Source: Syntrophorhabdaceae bacterium
Lineage (GTDB): Bacteria; Desulfobacterota; Syntrophorhabdia; Syntrophorhabdales; Syntrophorhabdaceae
Direction of reading: 5' to 3'
DNA length: 64,000 nt
Assembly: GCA_963665295.1 (NCBI GenBank)
Contig: OY762209.1
Coordinates: forward strand, 1,952,001 to 2,016,000
The notes beneath the pieces are model-generated. The model made no database searches, was not told the DNA's origin, and saw nothing but the letters and a program-made list of their open reading frames with translations. Both the position numbers and the translations under genes were made by a program. Below, in pieces: positions 38,205 to 50,391 of the stretch. Position 1 is the first letter of the stretch, and every line of letters begins with the position of its first letter.

Positions 38205-40157
38205 TCAGTTATCTGACAGGATGCGGGTGATGGCGCGGATTACGTCATTACCTTTGTACGGTTTGTCGAGGAAACCGTCTACGCGGTGTTCTCTCAGCCT
38301 TTCTCTCTGGTCTTCGCTCATGAAGCCGCTGGAGATTATGATCTTGATATCGCCCCGGATCTCTCTCAAGGTTTTTAAAACCTCGTCCCCCTTGATGCCG
38401 GGCATGATCATGTCCAGGATGACAAGGTCTATATGGCGCTGGTGTTCCTTGAAAACCTCGATAGCCTCATAACCGTCGACTGCCTTCAGGACCTCTATGC
38501 CCTCTTCCGACAGAACGCCCTTGATCAGCTCTCTCACTATGTTCTCATCGTCCACAATGAGCACCTTCCGTTTCTTCAGGCTGCTCCTGGGGCTGGACTC
38601 GCGCGCTTCCACCTGTTTCCCGATAATCTCGAGGGGTAACGGGATGTAGAGCGTGAATTTGGTGCCTTTTCCCGGCGCGCTTTCGCACTCGATGAAGCCG
38701 CCGTGTTCTTTGATTACCTTATCGACGAGATAGAGACCCATGCCGAGGTTGGAACCTGTGTCCTTCGTGGTGAAGTATGGCTGAAAAATCTTCTCCCTGA
38801 TCTCATCGTCCATGCCTTGTCCCGTATCCTCGATCTCGACGGTGGCGAACTCCTTGGAGCCCACGTGTTTTCTCCTCTTGGTCTTCACCTTGAGGAGGCC
38901 GTTGCCTTTCATCGCGTCTTTCGCGTTCATGCAGAGGTTGAGAAAAACGTTCTGAAGGTCCGCCTCGTCGCCCCGGATAGGGGGCAGAAGGTCATCGAAG
39001 GTCTTTTCCACCTCCACGTCCCTGAAGCTTTCCCTGAGGAGAAACAGGATATCATCGAGGAGTACGTTGAGGTCAACGATCCCCGTCGACTTTCTCTGCC
39101 GTCTCGAAAAATTGAGAAGGTGCTGCGTAAGTTTCGCCGCTCTCTGGGCGGAATGCTCAATTGCTTCCGCATAACGGTACAGCTTTTCCTCGCTGGTGAG
39201 AAAATTCTTTATGAGCGAGGCGTAACCGAGGACCCCGGTAAGGAGGTTGTTGAAGTCGTGGGCAATGCCGCCTGCGAGCATCCCCATGTTCTCCATCTTG
39301 TCCTTGAGGAGGTTTTCCTCTTCTTTGACCTTTATTTCAAGGACATCCCTGAAGATGAGGCCCTTCCAGGACTCTTCCCTCTTGCTCCCCTTCACGGGGT
39401 ACGCCTCCATCTGGAAGATCTTGTAACGCTCGCTTGATTTATAGTTTACCTCGCCTTGGGCGGGACCATCTTTCTTGTAAAAATTTTCGTCGATACCCGA
39501 GACGACGTTCCCGATCTTCTCTCCTATGAGAAGGCCCTTCTTCCCTTCGAACTGGTCTTTCGCCTTCCTGTTCGCAAAACTTACATAACCGTTCCTGTCT
39601 ATAAGGAGCAGGGCGTCGGGGAATTCATCGAGCATGTTTTCGTAAAGGCTCTTCGAAAAAGGCTCGCTCCTCTGCCTGTAAAGGTTTACATGAAGGAGCA
39701 GGGACTTGTTGTAGATGCTGCACACGATTTCCAGTTCCCGGAGAAAACGTTGGTCCAGGTCGATGTCGAATTTCTTGCCCAACAGGAGAAAGCCGATAAT
39801 GTCGATGTCTTTTCTCAGGGGGTAGAGGTAGAGCGTATGGTACCCGAAAGCATCGTGCAGGAGCGACGGCGAACCGGCGCCCCCGTTAAGGGCTCTCACT
39901 GCCTCCAGGTTGATGTCGTTGAGCGATTCCTCTATGCTGAAAAAGCCTTCCCGCACCGTTCCCCGGTCTTCTTTGAAGACCTTGCACATGTCAAAGAGCG
40001 ACTCCTCGACAAAGGCCCTGGGTATCTTGCTGATGAGGCTGTCCTCTTCCTCAAAACAACCGAGCATCCTCATGATAATGGAGTAGTTGTTAATGGCCCT
40101 TTCGTAAAAGTCCCACTGGAAGCTGATTGACTCGGATCTTATATCGTCATGGCGCAT
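38205..40157 (-). CDS. Hybrid sensor histidine kinase (PAS, HisKA, HATPase, receiver)
   Basis: GGIAHDFNNLL, NLCMNAKDAM, DTGQGM, FQPYFTTK, GMGL; receiver IVDDE..LDMIMP..KP. Confidence 0.95.
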   Translation of the reverse strand: MRHDDIRSESISFQWDFYERAINNYSIIMRMLGCFEEEDSLISKIPRAFVEESLFDMCKVFKEDRGTVREGFFSIEESLNDINLEAVRALNGGAGSPSLLHDAFGYHTLYLYPLRKDIDIIGFLLLGKKFDIDLDQRFLRELEIVCSIYNKSLLLHVNLYRQRSEPFSKSLYENMLDEFPDALLLIDRNGYVSFANRKAKDQFEGKKGLLIGEKIGNVVSGIDENFYKKDGPAQGEVNYKSSERYKIFQMEAYPVKGSKREESWKGLIFRDVLEIKVKEEENLLKDKMENMGMLAGGIAHDFNNLLTGVLGYASLIKNFLTSEEKLYRYAEAIEHSAQRAAKLTQHLLNFSRRQRKSTGIVDLNVLLDDILFLLRESFRDVEVEKTFDDLLPPIRGDEADLQNVFLNLCMNAKDAMKGNGLLKVKTKRRKHVGSKEFATVEIEDTGQGMDDEIREKIFQPYFTTKDTGSNLGMGLYLVDKVIKEHGGFIECESAPGKGTKFTLYIPLPLEIIGKQVEARESSPRSSLKKRKVLIVDDENIVRELIKGVLSEEGIEVLKAVDGYEAIEVFKEHQRHIDLVILDMIMPGIKGDEVLKTLREIRGDIKIIISSGFMSEDQRERLREHRVDGFLDKPYKGNDVIRAITRILSDN

Positions 40158-40158
40158 A

Positions 40159-40971
40159 TTATCTTATGTGTAAAAAATCCACGATAGTTTGCATCTCCTC
40201 GGTAATCGCTTTCTTCTCATTGAACAGTATGTAGCCTTCGGGTCCGAGGTCTCTCGATGAACCCGCGGCAAAGTGATCCGCCACCCTCACCATCTTGACT
40301 ATATTGTCGAACCTGTCCCTCGTGCGGCCGTCATGGTGATACCGTATGGCGTAGAGAAATTCCTCGGGGAATCTCCATTTCACCCCTATGGCATACCCGA
40401 TCTCCTGGTGGTCGATGCCGAACCTCTCCCTTTCCATCACGTCGAGGGCCTTATCTTTCTCCGTGGCATCCTTGAGCATGGCATGGTAGTTTTCAACGCT
40501 CATGTACAGGACGGTCTTTCCGATATCATGGAGGAGGGAGATGGTGAACACCTTCTGGGGGTCCTCGATAAGCATCCTTTTCGACAGCGTCCTTGCCGCG
40601 CATGCGACGCATGCCGAATGTTTCCACAGGTCAATGAGGTCCGTTCCCTTGAGATTGAGCTTCTTCAGGATATCGTTCATGAAGACCAGACACATGATGA
40701 TCTTTTTCACTTCTTCAAAACCGATGGTAATCATCGCCCTTTGGAGGCTGAACACCTCAATCCCCCTGCTGTAATACGCCGAGTTGGCGATGCTGATGAT
40801 CTTGGACGAGATCGCGTGGTCGTATTTGATCACTTCGGTGAGATCGCTAAAGGATGAATCGTCGTCCGAGACGAGACTCAGGACCCTTTCCACCACGCTG
40901 CTCACTGTGGGAATAACCTTTAACGTCGTTGCTCTGCCTAAGAGATCCTCTTTCAATTGGTTGGTGAGCAT
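40159..40971 (-). CDS. HDOD domain protein
   Basis: IPT, D..ISSKII.IANSAYY, W.HS..VA, LLHDIGK, DH..IG....KW.FP, YHH. Confidence 0.92.
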   Translation of the reverse strand: MLTNQLKEDLLGRATTLKVIPTVSSVVERVLSLVSDDDSSFSDLTEVIKYDHAISSKIISIANSAYYSRGIEVFSLQRAMITIGFEEVKKIIMCLVFMNDILKKLNLKGTDLIDLWKHSACVACAARTLSKRMLIEDPQKVFTISLLHDIGKTVLYMSVENYHAMLKDATEKDKALDVMERERFGIDHQEIGYAIGVKWRFPEEFLYAIRYHHDGRTRDRFDNIVKMVRVADHFAAGSSRDLGPEGYILFNEKKAITEEMQTIVDFLHIR

Positions 40972-41381
40972 ATTGTGTTCCTATATAATTTTCGTCAATA
41001 TGAAGAATAAGTAAAGCGTTTTTTTACCTAAAGTTGAGAATTAATCAATTTCCTAATCATTACGGTGTAATAAAATGAGGGTCAAATCCCCCCGGAGGCA
41101 CGGAAACTGTACCTAATTCGGAACCCGGCACCCCGTGGCCCCGCAATCGATCCATTCTGAATTGTCCACGCGCCCGGTCACAACCCCCATAGGCCCACCC
41201 ATAGTCTGTCCCGGGGCACGGCACGGCGGGCGCGATGGACCCCCTTCTGCGGGCGTGCCGCCGGCGAGGGCGACACAAGCCCCGTCAACTTCGCGACCAG
41301 GCCCGCATAATTGACCACCCGCCCCCAACTGATTTAATTTGCTTATATTTTGACAATCTGTTATAAAATTAACCTGTTTTT

Positions 41382-43909
<2,528 letters not shown>

Positions 43910-43911
43910 AA

Positions 43912-44265
43912 GTGGCAAGGTATGAAAATATCATAGTTATCAATCCTGACGTTTCAAAAGAGGAGGAGGAAGAACTCCTCAAGAGAATTGCGAGCAACAT
44001 AGAGAGAGCAGGCGCTGTCATCGCGAAACTGGATGATTGGGGTGTAAGGAAACTTGCCTATCCCATCAAAAAGAAGGACCGGGGCCACTATTTCTTTTAC
44101 CTTCTCGACATGCCTGAGGAAAAGGTCGCGGGCCTGGGCAAATTCTACAGGACTGTGGACAACATCCTGCGCCACATGTTTGTAGTGGTGGATATGACGA
44201 AGAAGGTTACGGAGAAGGTGCCCGACCAGGTAATCTTTGACGAGCTGGAAGGCGAATTTTCGTGA
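43912..44265 (+). CDS. rpsF: 30S ribosomal protein S6
   Basis: RYE..I.NP, WG.RKLAYPIKK, G.Y, ILRH. Confidence 0.93.
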   Translation: MARYENIIVINPDVSKEEEEELLKRIASNIERAGAVIAKLDDWGVRKLAYPIKKKDRGHYFFYLLDMPEEKVAGLGKFYRTVDNILRHMFVVVDMTKKVTEKVPDQVIFDELEGEFS

Positions 44266-44528
44266 ACAGGGTTTTCCTCACGGGGAGACTCAAGACTACA
44301 CCGGATGTAATGTACACGCCGAAAGGCGAAAAGATCCTGCGGTTTCCCTTGTGGGTGGAAGACGAATCGTTCAGCATTGATGTGATCTATCTCGACCGGC
44401 AGGGTATCAGGAACCCGGACGGGATGGTGGGGAACACGATCATGGTGTCCGGGATGTTGTCAAAATCGGCGGACAGGCATGATTCGCTTAGATTGAAAGC
44501 GCAAAAAATTTTATGGATGGAGGAATAG
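44262..44528 (+). CDS. Short SSB/PriB-like OB-fold protein
   Basis: MNRVFLTGRL..TP...YTPKG, V.G.L; only 88 aa, no acidic tail; lies between rpsF and rpsR. Confidence 0.75.
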   Translation: MNRVFLTGRLKTTPDVMYTPKGEKILRFPLWVEDESFSIDVIYLDRQGIRNPDGMVGNTIMVSGMLSKSADRHDSLRLKAQKILWMEE

Positions 44529-44798
44529 ATGCCAAGACCAACCACAAGACCAAGGGGACATGATTCAGGAAAGAAGAGAGTATATGTGCGGAAGAGGGTA
44601 TGCAGGTTCTGTCAGGACCAGACCATCGAGATCGACTATAAGGACCCGAAGCTTCTCAAGCACTTTATCACGGAACGGGGAAAGATCATGCCGCGGCGCA
44701 TGACCGGGACTTGCGCGAACCATCAGAGAAAGCTGAAAGAGGCAATCATGATGGCGAGGCACATTGCCTTCCTGCCCTTTACCACACTGTCGAAATAA
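44529..44798 (+). CDS. rpsR: 30S ribosomal protein S18 (Zn-motif form)
   Basis: [31 protein letters not shown]. Confidence 0.96.
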   Translation: MPRPTTRPRGHDSGKKRVYVRKRVCRFCQDQTIEIDYKDPKLLKHFITERGKIMPRRMTGTCANHQRKLKEAIMMARHIAFLPFTTLSK

Positions 44799-44810
44799 GG
44801 GGGCATTTCT

Positions 44811-45260
44811 ATGAAGGTTATTCTTATCGAGGACCTTAAGGGGACCGGGAAAAAAGGCGAGGTCGTGGAAGTGAAGGAGGGATATGGAAGAAATTTTCTT
44901 ATCCCCAAGGGACTTGCACTGGCCGCAATCGAAGGAAACGTGGCGAGACTCGAGCACATGGTGAAGAGCCTTGCGAACAAGAAGATGAAGGAACTGAAGA
45001 CCGCCGAAGACATCAAGGCGCGATTGGAAGAGATCACCCTCCACATCAAGAAGAAAGTCGGCCTTGACGGCAAGCTTTTCGGCTCGGTCACTCACAAGGA
45101 GATCGCGGAAGAGATTCAGCGTACCGTAAAAACACCGATAGACAGGAAACACGTGGAGATAGCCGAACCGATCAAGATGACCGGCGCATATACGGTGGAG
45201 ATCCATCTCGGGCAGGGGGTCACTGCTGCGATTAAGGTAGAAGTGGAAGCTCAAGACTAA
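44811..45260 (+). CDS. rplI: 50S ribosomal protein L9
   Basis: MKVIL, GKKGEVVEVKEGYGRNFLIP, GKLFGSVT. Confidence 0.96.
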   Translation: MKVILIEDLKGTGKKGEVVEVKEGYGRNFLIPKGLALAAIEGNVARLEHMVKSLANKKMKELKTAEDIKARLEEITLHIKKKVGLDGKLFGSVTHKEIAEEIQRTVKTPIDRKHVEIAEPIKMTGAYTVEIHLGQGVTAAIKVEVEAQD

Positions 45261-45263
45261 TAG

Positions 45264-46628
45264 ATGACCAAAACATCGAAGAGCACCAAGGAGACGAGTT
45301 TCAGGGTTCCGCCTCAGAACCTGGAGGCCGAACAATCTCTCCTCGGCGGTCTTCTGGTCGATGCGGATTCGATAAACAAGGTCGCCGACATTGTAGGCTC
45401 GGACGATTTCTACAGGGAGGCCCATTCCCGGATATACGAGGTTATGCTCGACCTCTACGACAGGAATGAGCCTATAGACCTCATCACCGTAAGCGGAACG
45501 GCCAAGGATAAAGGCATCATCGAGAAGATAGGCGGGGTCACATACCTCAGCACTCTCGTTGACCTCATGCCCAGTTCGGCGAATATTGCCCAGTATGCGA
45601 AGATGGTGAGGGAGAAGGCCCTTCTGAGGAAACTCATGAATGTGGCCACCGAGATCATCGAGAAAGGACACGACGCTGATGTGAGTGTGGACACCTACAT
45701 CGACGAGGCCGAGAAGATGATCTTCCAGGTGTCGGAGAACAAGCTGAAGCCCTCATTTTATTCCGTGAGGGATATAGTAAAAGAAAACGTAAAGACCATT
45801 GAGAGACTCTCTCAGAACAAACAGTCGGTCATCGGGGTTCCTACGGGTTTCGTGGACCTCGATAGGATCACGAGCGGCCTGCAGCCTTCGGACCTCGTGG
45901 TGGTGGCGGGAAGGCCCAGTATGGGCAAAACGGCCTTCTGCATGAATATCGCCCAGTACGTAGGATATCTGGACGGGGGTTCCTCGCCGGTCGGCATATT
46001 TTCCCTCGAAATGTCAAAGGAGCAGCTTGTCACGAGGCTTCTCAGTTCTGAGTCCGAGGTGGGACAGTCCAAGCTGCGCACCGGGGCGCTCGCAGGATCG
46101 GACTGGCAACGGCTGGCCCAGGCCGCGGGGAAACTATGCGACGCGTCGATCTATATCGACGATTCTCCCGGAATGAGCATACTGGAGCTCCGCGCCAGGG
46201 CAAGAAGGTTGAAGAAAGAGCACGGCCTGAGCCTGCTCATCATCGACTATCTTCAGCTCATGAGGGGTAGGAGCAGCGCTGAGCGAAGGGAGCAGGAGAT
46301 ATCGGAAATATCGCGGTCCCTGAAAGGCCTCGCGAAGGAACTCAACATACCCGTCATTGCCATATCGCAGTTAAACCGGATGGTGGAGCAACGGGACGAC
46401 AAGAGGCCGAGGCTCTCCGATCTCAGGGAATCGGGCGCGATCGAGCAGGACGCCGACGTTATCATGTTCATTTACCGGGATGAAGTGTATAATAAGAATG
46501 CGGACGAGAGTAACAAAGGGATTGCAGAGGTTATAGTGGGGAAACAGCGAAACGGGCCTACAGATACGGCAAGACTGGCATTTCTCAGCGAATGCGCCGC
46601 TTTCAGGAACCTGTACATAGAAAAATGA
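45264..46628 (+). CDS. dnaB: Replicative DNA helicase
   Basis: PPQNLEAEQ, GRPSMGKT, FSLEM, IDYLQL, SQLNR, LRESGAIEQDAD, KQRNGP. Confidence 0.97.
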   Translation: MTKTSKSTKETSFRVPPQNLEAEQSLLGGLLVDADSINKVADIVGSDDFYREAHSRIYEVMLDLYDRNEPIDLITVSGTAKDKGIIEKIGGVTYLSTLVDLMPSSANIAQYAKMVREKALLRKLMNVATEIIEKGHDADVSVDTYIDEAEKMIFQVSENKLKPSFYSVRDIVKENVKTIERLSQNKQSVIGVPTGFVDLDRITSGLQPSDLVVVAGRPSMGKTAFCMNIAQYVGYLDGGSSPVGIFSLEMSKEQLVTRLLSSESEVGQSKLRTGALAGSDWQRLAQAAGKLCDASIYIDDSPGMSILELRARARRLKKEHGLSLLIIDYLQLMRGRSSAERREQEISEISRSLKGLAKELNIPVIAISQLNRMVEQRDDKRPRLSDLRESGAIEQDADVIMFIYRDEVYNKNADESNKGIAEVIVGKQRNGPTDTARLAFLSECAAFRNLYIEK

Positions 46629-47152
46629 ATATTCCTAACCTTCTATCCATCTTCCGTTTCTTCTTTACCTTCTTCTTTGTGTTCGCCGTGATGCAGGGGA
46701 AACTGCGCCTTGCCCTGTATCTCTTTATCCTTCAGGGTCTTTCGGACCTGCTTGACGGGTTCTTTGCCCGCATAATGAACAAGAAGACGTCTCTCGGCGC
46801 GTTTCTCGACCCCGTTGCGGACAAGGTAATGCTCATGTCTTCCTACGTGGTCCTTAGTTGCTACGACTTCATACCCTGGTGGCTTACCATGGTGATGCTC
46901 CTGAGGGAAGTGGTCGTCACCTCCGGGTTTCTGGCCCTCTACAAAATGTTCGGCAAGGTAAGGCTGATACCGAGCATATACGGGAAGACCGCCACCGCGT
47001 GTCAGATCCTCACCGTCGTGTACGTCCTCTGGTCTCCGGACGGGGCTTACGGGCCGTTCTTTTTTTATCCCACCGCATTAGTGACCTTGGCAGCGGGCAT
47101 TCATTATGTTTCTCGAGGGTTTGCTATTCTGCACAAACGCGAGCCTGCCTAG
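46625..47152 (+). CDS. CDP-alcohol phosphatidyltransferase (PgsA-like)
   Basis: NIPNLLS..R, D.LDG..AR.....LGAFLDPVADK; start ATG 46625. Confidence 0.9.
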   Translation: MNIPNLLSIFRFFFTFFFVFAVMQGKLRLALYLFILQGLSDLLDGFFARIMNKKTSLGAFLDPVADKVMLMSSYVVLSCYDFIPWWLTMVMLLREVVVTSGFLALYKMFGKVRLIPSIYGKTATACQILTVVYVLWSPDGAYGPFFFYPTALVTLAAGIHYVSRGFAILHKREPA

Positions 47153-47301
47153 CGGCGCCGGGCTGTCTTTTTCCGTATCTCGTCGTTGCCTGCGGCGGGA
47201 GGTGTCCTCAGCGTACTATTAGTACGCTTCCGGGACCTCCCGTCTTGTCGCCTAGATATACGAAAAAATACAGCCCGGCGCATTGGTATGGGCACGACGG
47301 A

Positions 47302-47430
47302 CAACGTCAGAACGGCAGGCGGAAAGATGAAGATCGCCTGGGGACAACCCTACAACGGCAGGCTGACAGATGAGGATCGCCTGCGGGCAATCCCACAACG
47401 GCAGGCGGACGGACGAGGATCGCCTGCGGG
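47302..47430. repeat. Three tandem 43-bp imperfect repeats, each with a GCAGGCG..CGCCTGC hairpin
   Basis: Units start at 47302, 47345 and 47388; e.g. unit 3 CAATCCCACAACGGCAGGCGGACGGACGAGGATCGCCTGCGGG. Confidence 0.85.
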
Positions 47431-47522
47431 GGATACGCTGGTTTTATTATGGAATTGTGAGGGGGATCATTGCGGGGGGTGATCTGGCTTGTGATATAAT
47501 CGACGGGAGTACTGCGGAGGGC

Positions 47523-48065
47523 GTGTTGGGGGGTAATGTTGCGGTGGTCGCTTATCTTGTGGGCGTGGGGCTGTTTTGGGTTCACGCGCTGGCGCGGGGC
47601 GGATTTCTTTTGCTCGATTATGTGAATCTGCCCTTTCACGAATTCGGGCATCTGTTTTTCGGATTTCTCGGGCCGACCCTGGGGTTGTGGGGCGGGACTA
47701 TCGCTCAACTCACAATTCCTCTCGTGATTCTTGTCGCCTTTGCGCGGCAGGGGCAGTCCGGGGTCTCATCCTCTTGCGCGGCGGCTGCGCGGAGTTCCCT
47801 TATAGGCATTGCTTTCGGGGCTTTCTGGTTCGGGGAGAGCCTGCTCAATGTTTCCTGGTACATTGCCGATGCGCAAGTAATGGAGCTACCCCTTGTGGGG
47901 GGAGGGGAGCACGACTGGAATATTATTCTTTCCGGACTTCACCTGGTCGATCACTGCCGGGCCATAGCGTGGCTGGTGAAGGCCCTCGGATGGACCGTAA
48001 TGATCGCTTCAACGGCGTGGCTTATACTTGTTACGTTGGTGCCCACCTCGTCCACGGAAAAGTAG
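47523..48065 (+). CDS. Membrane protein with HExxH motif (M50-like peptidase?)
   Basis: PFHEFGH, GG...Q..P, YIADA....LPL.GGGEHDWN. Start GTG 47523/TTG 47526 after GGAGG and TGaTATAAT. Confidence 0.7.
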   Translation: MLGGNVAVVAYLVGVGLFWVHALARGGFLLLDYVNLPFHEFGHLFFGFLGPTLGLWGGTIAQLTIPLVILVAFARQGQSGVSSSCAAAARSSLIGIAFGAFWFGESLLNVSWYIADAQVMELPLVGGGEHDWNIILSGLHLVDHCRAIAWLVKALGWTVMIASTAWLILVTLVPTSSTEK

Positions 48066-48083
48066 AATTCCGCAGGCATGCGT
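48004..48083 (+). repeat. 80-bp direct repeat, copy 1 (3' end of membrane protein gene)
   Basis: 76/80 identical to 48462-48541. Confidence 0.9.
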
Positions 48084-48108
48084 CCGGTGTGCCGGAAGGA
48101 GCAGGCGA

Positions 48109-48460
48109 ATCATGCAGCACGCAAGGCGTGCGGCAGGAGAGGCCGGATACCCGCCTGCGGGTGGGGTTTTACCGGTGGAGGGGGCGACGTGAGCCATAGG
48201 TCCAAGGATCATGCAGCACGCACGGCGTGCGAGAGGGGGAGGCTCTACCGGTTTTACCGGTGGAGGGGGCGACGTGAGCCATAGGTCCAAGGATCATGCA
48301 GCACGCACGGCGTGCGAGAGGGGGAGGCTCTACCGGTTTTACCGGTGGAGGGGGCGACGTGAGCCATAGGTCCAAGGATCATGCAGCACGCACGGCGTGC
48401 GAGAGGGGGAGGCTCTACCGGTTTTACCGGTGGAGGGGGCGACGTGAGCCCCTTTAACTG
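48109..48460 (-). repeat. Structured repeat family, locus 2 (three identical 85-bp tandem units plus one variant unit)
   Basis: Identical units at 48191-48275, 48276-48360, 48361-48445; the minus strand begins CAGTTAAAGGGGCTCACGTCGC. Confidence 0.95.
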
Positions 48461-48461
48461 C

Positions 48462-48541
48462 TCGCTTCAACGGCGTGGCTTATACTTGTTACGTTTGTGC
48501 CCACCTCGTCTCCGGAAGAGTAGAATTCCGCAGGCATGCGT
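48462..48541 (+). repeat. 80-bp direct repeat, copy 2
   Basis: 76/80 identical to 48004-48083. Confidence 0.9.
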
Positions 48542-48569
48542 TTTTCTTGTGCTGAGTTAACTATAAGAA

Positions 48570-48599
48570 TTGACAAGGGAAAGATAAAAATGGTAATAA
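48570..48599 (+). promoter_or_regulatory. Putative sigma70 promoter of thrS
   Basis: TTGACA-N18-TAATAA with TGn, in AT-rich context. Confidence 0.5.
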
Positions 48600-48667
48600 T
48601 ATCTCTTGATTAACCCAAGAGCCCGGGGTGTGCAGCGGTTGGGAAATCCCGGGAGAAAGAGCGGAAT

Positions 48668-50386
48668 ATGAAAGAAGACCTTGTAATATTGCGGCACAGC
48701 ACCTCGCATCTCATGGCTCAGGCGGTGAAAGAGCTGTTTCCTGAAGTAAAAGTAGCGATCGGCCCGGCAATCGATACGGGTTTCTATTACGATTTTGACT
48801 ACGATCCCGGTTTTACCGAGGAAGACCTCGTAAAGATCGAAGAGCGCATGCGGGAGATCGCAAAGAGAGACCTCCCTATCGTAAGACGCATGGTAAAGAA
48901 GGAAGAAGCCCTGGAGATGTTCCGTCAGGCGGGCGAAAGGTTCAAAGTTGAGCTTCTGGAAGCGATAGACGATGACGAAGTCAGCCTCTACACCCAGGAG
49001 GGCTTTACCGACCTTTGCAGGGGGCCTCACGTGGCCTCGACGGGCCAGTTGAAGACCTTCAAACTTTTGAGTCTCGCCGGCGCGTACTGGAGAGGCGACG
49101 AGAAGAACAAGATGCTCACGAGGATTTACGGCACGGCCTTTCCGGACGAGGAATCCCTGAAAGAGTACCTTCAGTTCATCGAAGAGGTGAAGAAGAGGGA
49201 TCACAGGCGGCTCGGTAAAGAACTGGAGCTTTTCAGCATATCCGATGAGGTGGGTGCGGGACTCGTCATATACCACCCGAACGGCGCGGTGCTCCGGTAT
49301 ATCCTGGAGGATTTCGAGAGAAAGGAACACCTGAAGAGGGGTTATCAGTTCGTGGTAGGTCCCCAGATCCTTAAAGTGGATATGTGGAAGAAATCGGGCC
49401 ACTACGAAAACTATAGAGAGAATATGTATTTCACCAAGGTGGATGACGTGGACTACGGTATCAAGCCGATGAACTGCGTTTCCCACATCATGGTGTATAA
49501 GTCGAAGATCAGGAGCTACCGTGACCTGCCCCTCAGGTATTTCGAGCTCGGCACGGTGTGCAGGCACGAAAAGTCGGGCGTTTTGCACGGACTTCTCAGG
49601 GTAAGGGAATTTACCCAGGACGATGCCCATATATTTTTGAGGCAGGACCAGCTCCACGAGGAGATCGTCAAGATCATCGAGTTCGTTCAGGATGTGATGA
49701 AGATATTCAACTTCGAATTCGAGATGGAGATCAGCACGAGGCCTGAAGAGAAATTCATCGGCTCCATCGAGGACTGGGACAAGGCGGAAAAGGTACTCAA
49801 GGACGTCCTCGACGACCAGGGCCTTCCCTACGACATCAATGAAGGCGACGGGGCGTTCTACGGCCCGAAGATAGACATAAAGCTCAAGGACGCCATAGGC
49901 AGGAAATGGCAGTGCGCCACCATACAGTGCGATTTCGCCCTTCCGGAGAGATTCGACCTCCATTATGTGGACAGCGACGGCAAACGGAAGAGACCCGTCA
50001 TGTTGCACAGGGTCATCCTCGGCGCCCTGGAGAGGTTCATAGGCGTACTGATAGAGCATTACGGCGGCCGTTTCCCTGTATGGCTCGCCCCTATCCAGGC
50101 CATTCTCATGAATATTACAGATGGGCAGGAGGAGTACCTGAAGGCCATATATGCCCGGATGATCGACGAAGGGATCAGAGTCGAGCTCGATACACGGAAC
50201 GAGAAGCTCGGTCTGAAAATAAGAGAGAGTATGGTAAGGAAGATACCGTACATGGTAATTGCCGGCAAGAAGGAAATGGAAGCCAATGTGATCTCCGTCC
50301 GCATGCGCGACGGAGAGGAACTAAAGAATATTGATGTAAAGGATTTCATAAAGAGAATTCAGGAAGAAAATCTAGCCAGGAGGTGA
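48668..50386 (+). CDS. thrS: Threonyl-tRNA synthetase lacking the N-terminal TGS domain
   Basis: [50 protein letters not shown]. Confidence 0.97.
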   Translation: MKEDLVILRHSTSHLMAQAVKELFPEVKVAIGPAIDTGFYYDFDYDPGFTEEDLVKIEERMREIAKRDLPIVRRMVKKEEALEMFRQAGERFKVELLEAIDDDEVSLYTQEGFTDLCRGPHVASTGQLKTFKLLSLAGAYWRGDEKNKMLTRIYGTAFPDEESLKEYLQFIEEVKKRDHRRLGKELELFSISDEVGAGLVIYHPNGAVLRYILEDFERKEHLKRGYQFVVGPQILKVDMWKKSGHYENYRENMYFTKVDDVDYGIKPMNCVSHIMVYKSKIRSYRDLPLRYFELGTVCRHEKSGVLHGLLRVREFTQDDAHIFLRQDQLHEEIVKIIEFVQDVMKIFNFEFEMEISTRPEEKFIGSIEDWDKAEKVLKDVLDDQGLPYDINEGDGAFYGPKIDIKLKDAIGRKWQCATIQCDFALPERFDLHYVDSDGKRKRPVMLHRVILGALERFIGVLIEHYGGRFPVWLAPIQAILMNITDGQEEYLKAIYARMIDEGIRVELDTRNEKLGLKIRESMVRKIPYMVIAGKKEMEANVISVRMRDGEELKNIDVKDFIKRIQEENLARR

Positions 50387-50391
50387 GCTCC

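Noticed and set aside
41060..41340. tRNA or ncRNA upstream of queA
   Set aside because: No cloverleaf, T-loop or known RNA motif seen.
48009..48375. Pro-rich ORFs within the repeat
   Set aside because: The 85-bp period is not a multiple of 3; these are repeat by-products.
48109..48460. CRISPR array
   Set aside because: Units are identical over the full 85 bp with no unique spacers, and there are no cas genes.
48004..48541. DGR template/variable repeat pair
   Set aside because: The four mismatches (G/T, C/T, A/C, A/G) are not adenine-specific for either copy or strand, and no reverse transcriptase is present.
48557..50059. 500-aa antisense ORF to thrS, and similar long antisense ORFs over aro, cusA and DUF748
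   Set aside because: Shadow frames from GC-rich codon bias, with no recognisable motifs.
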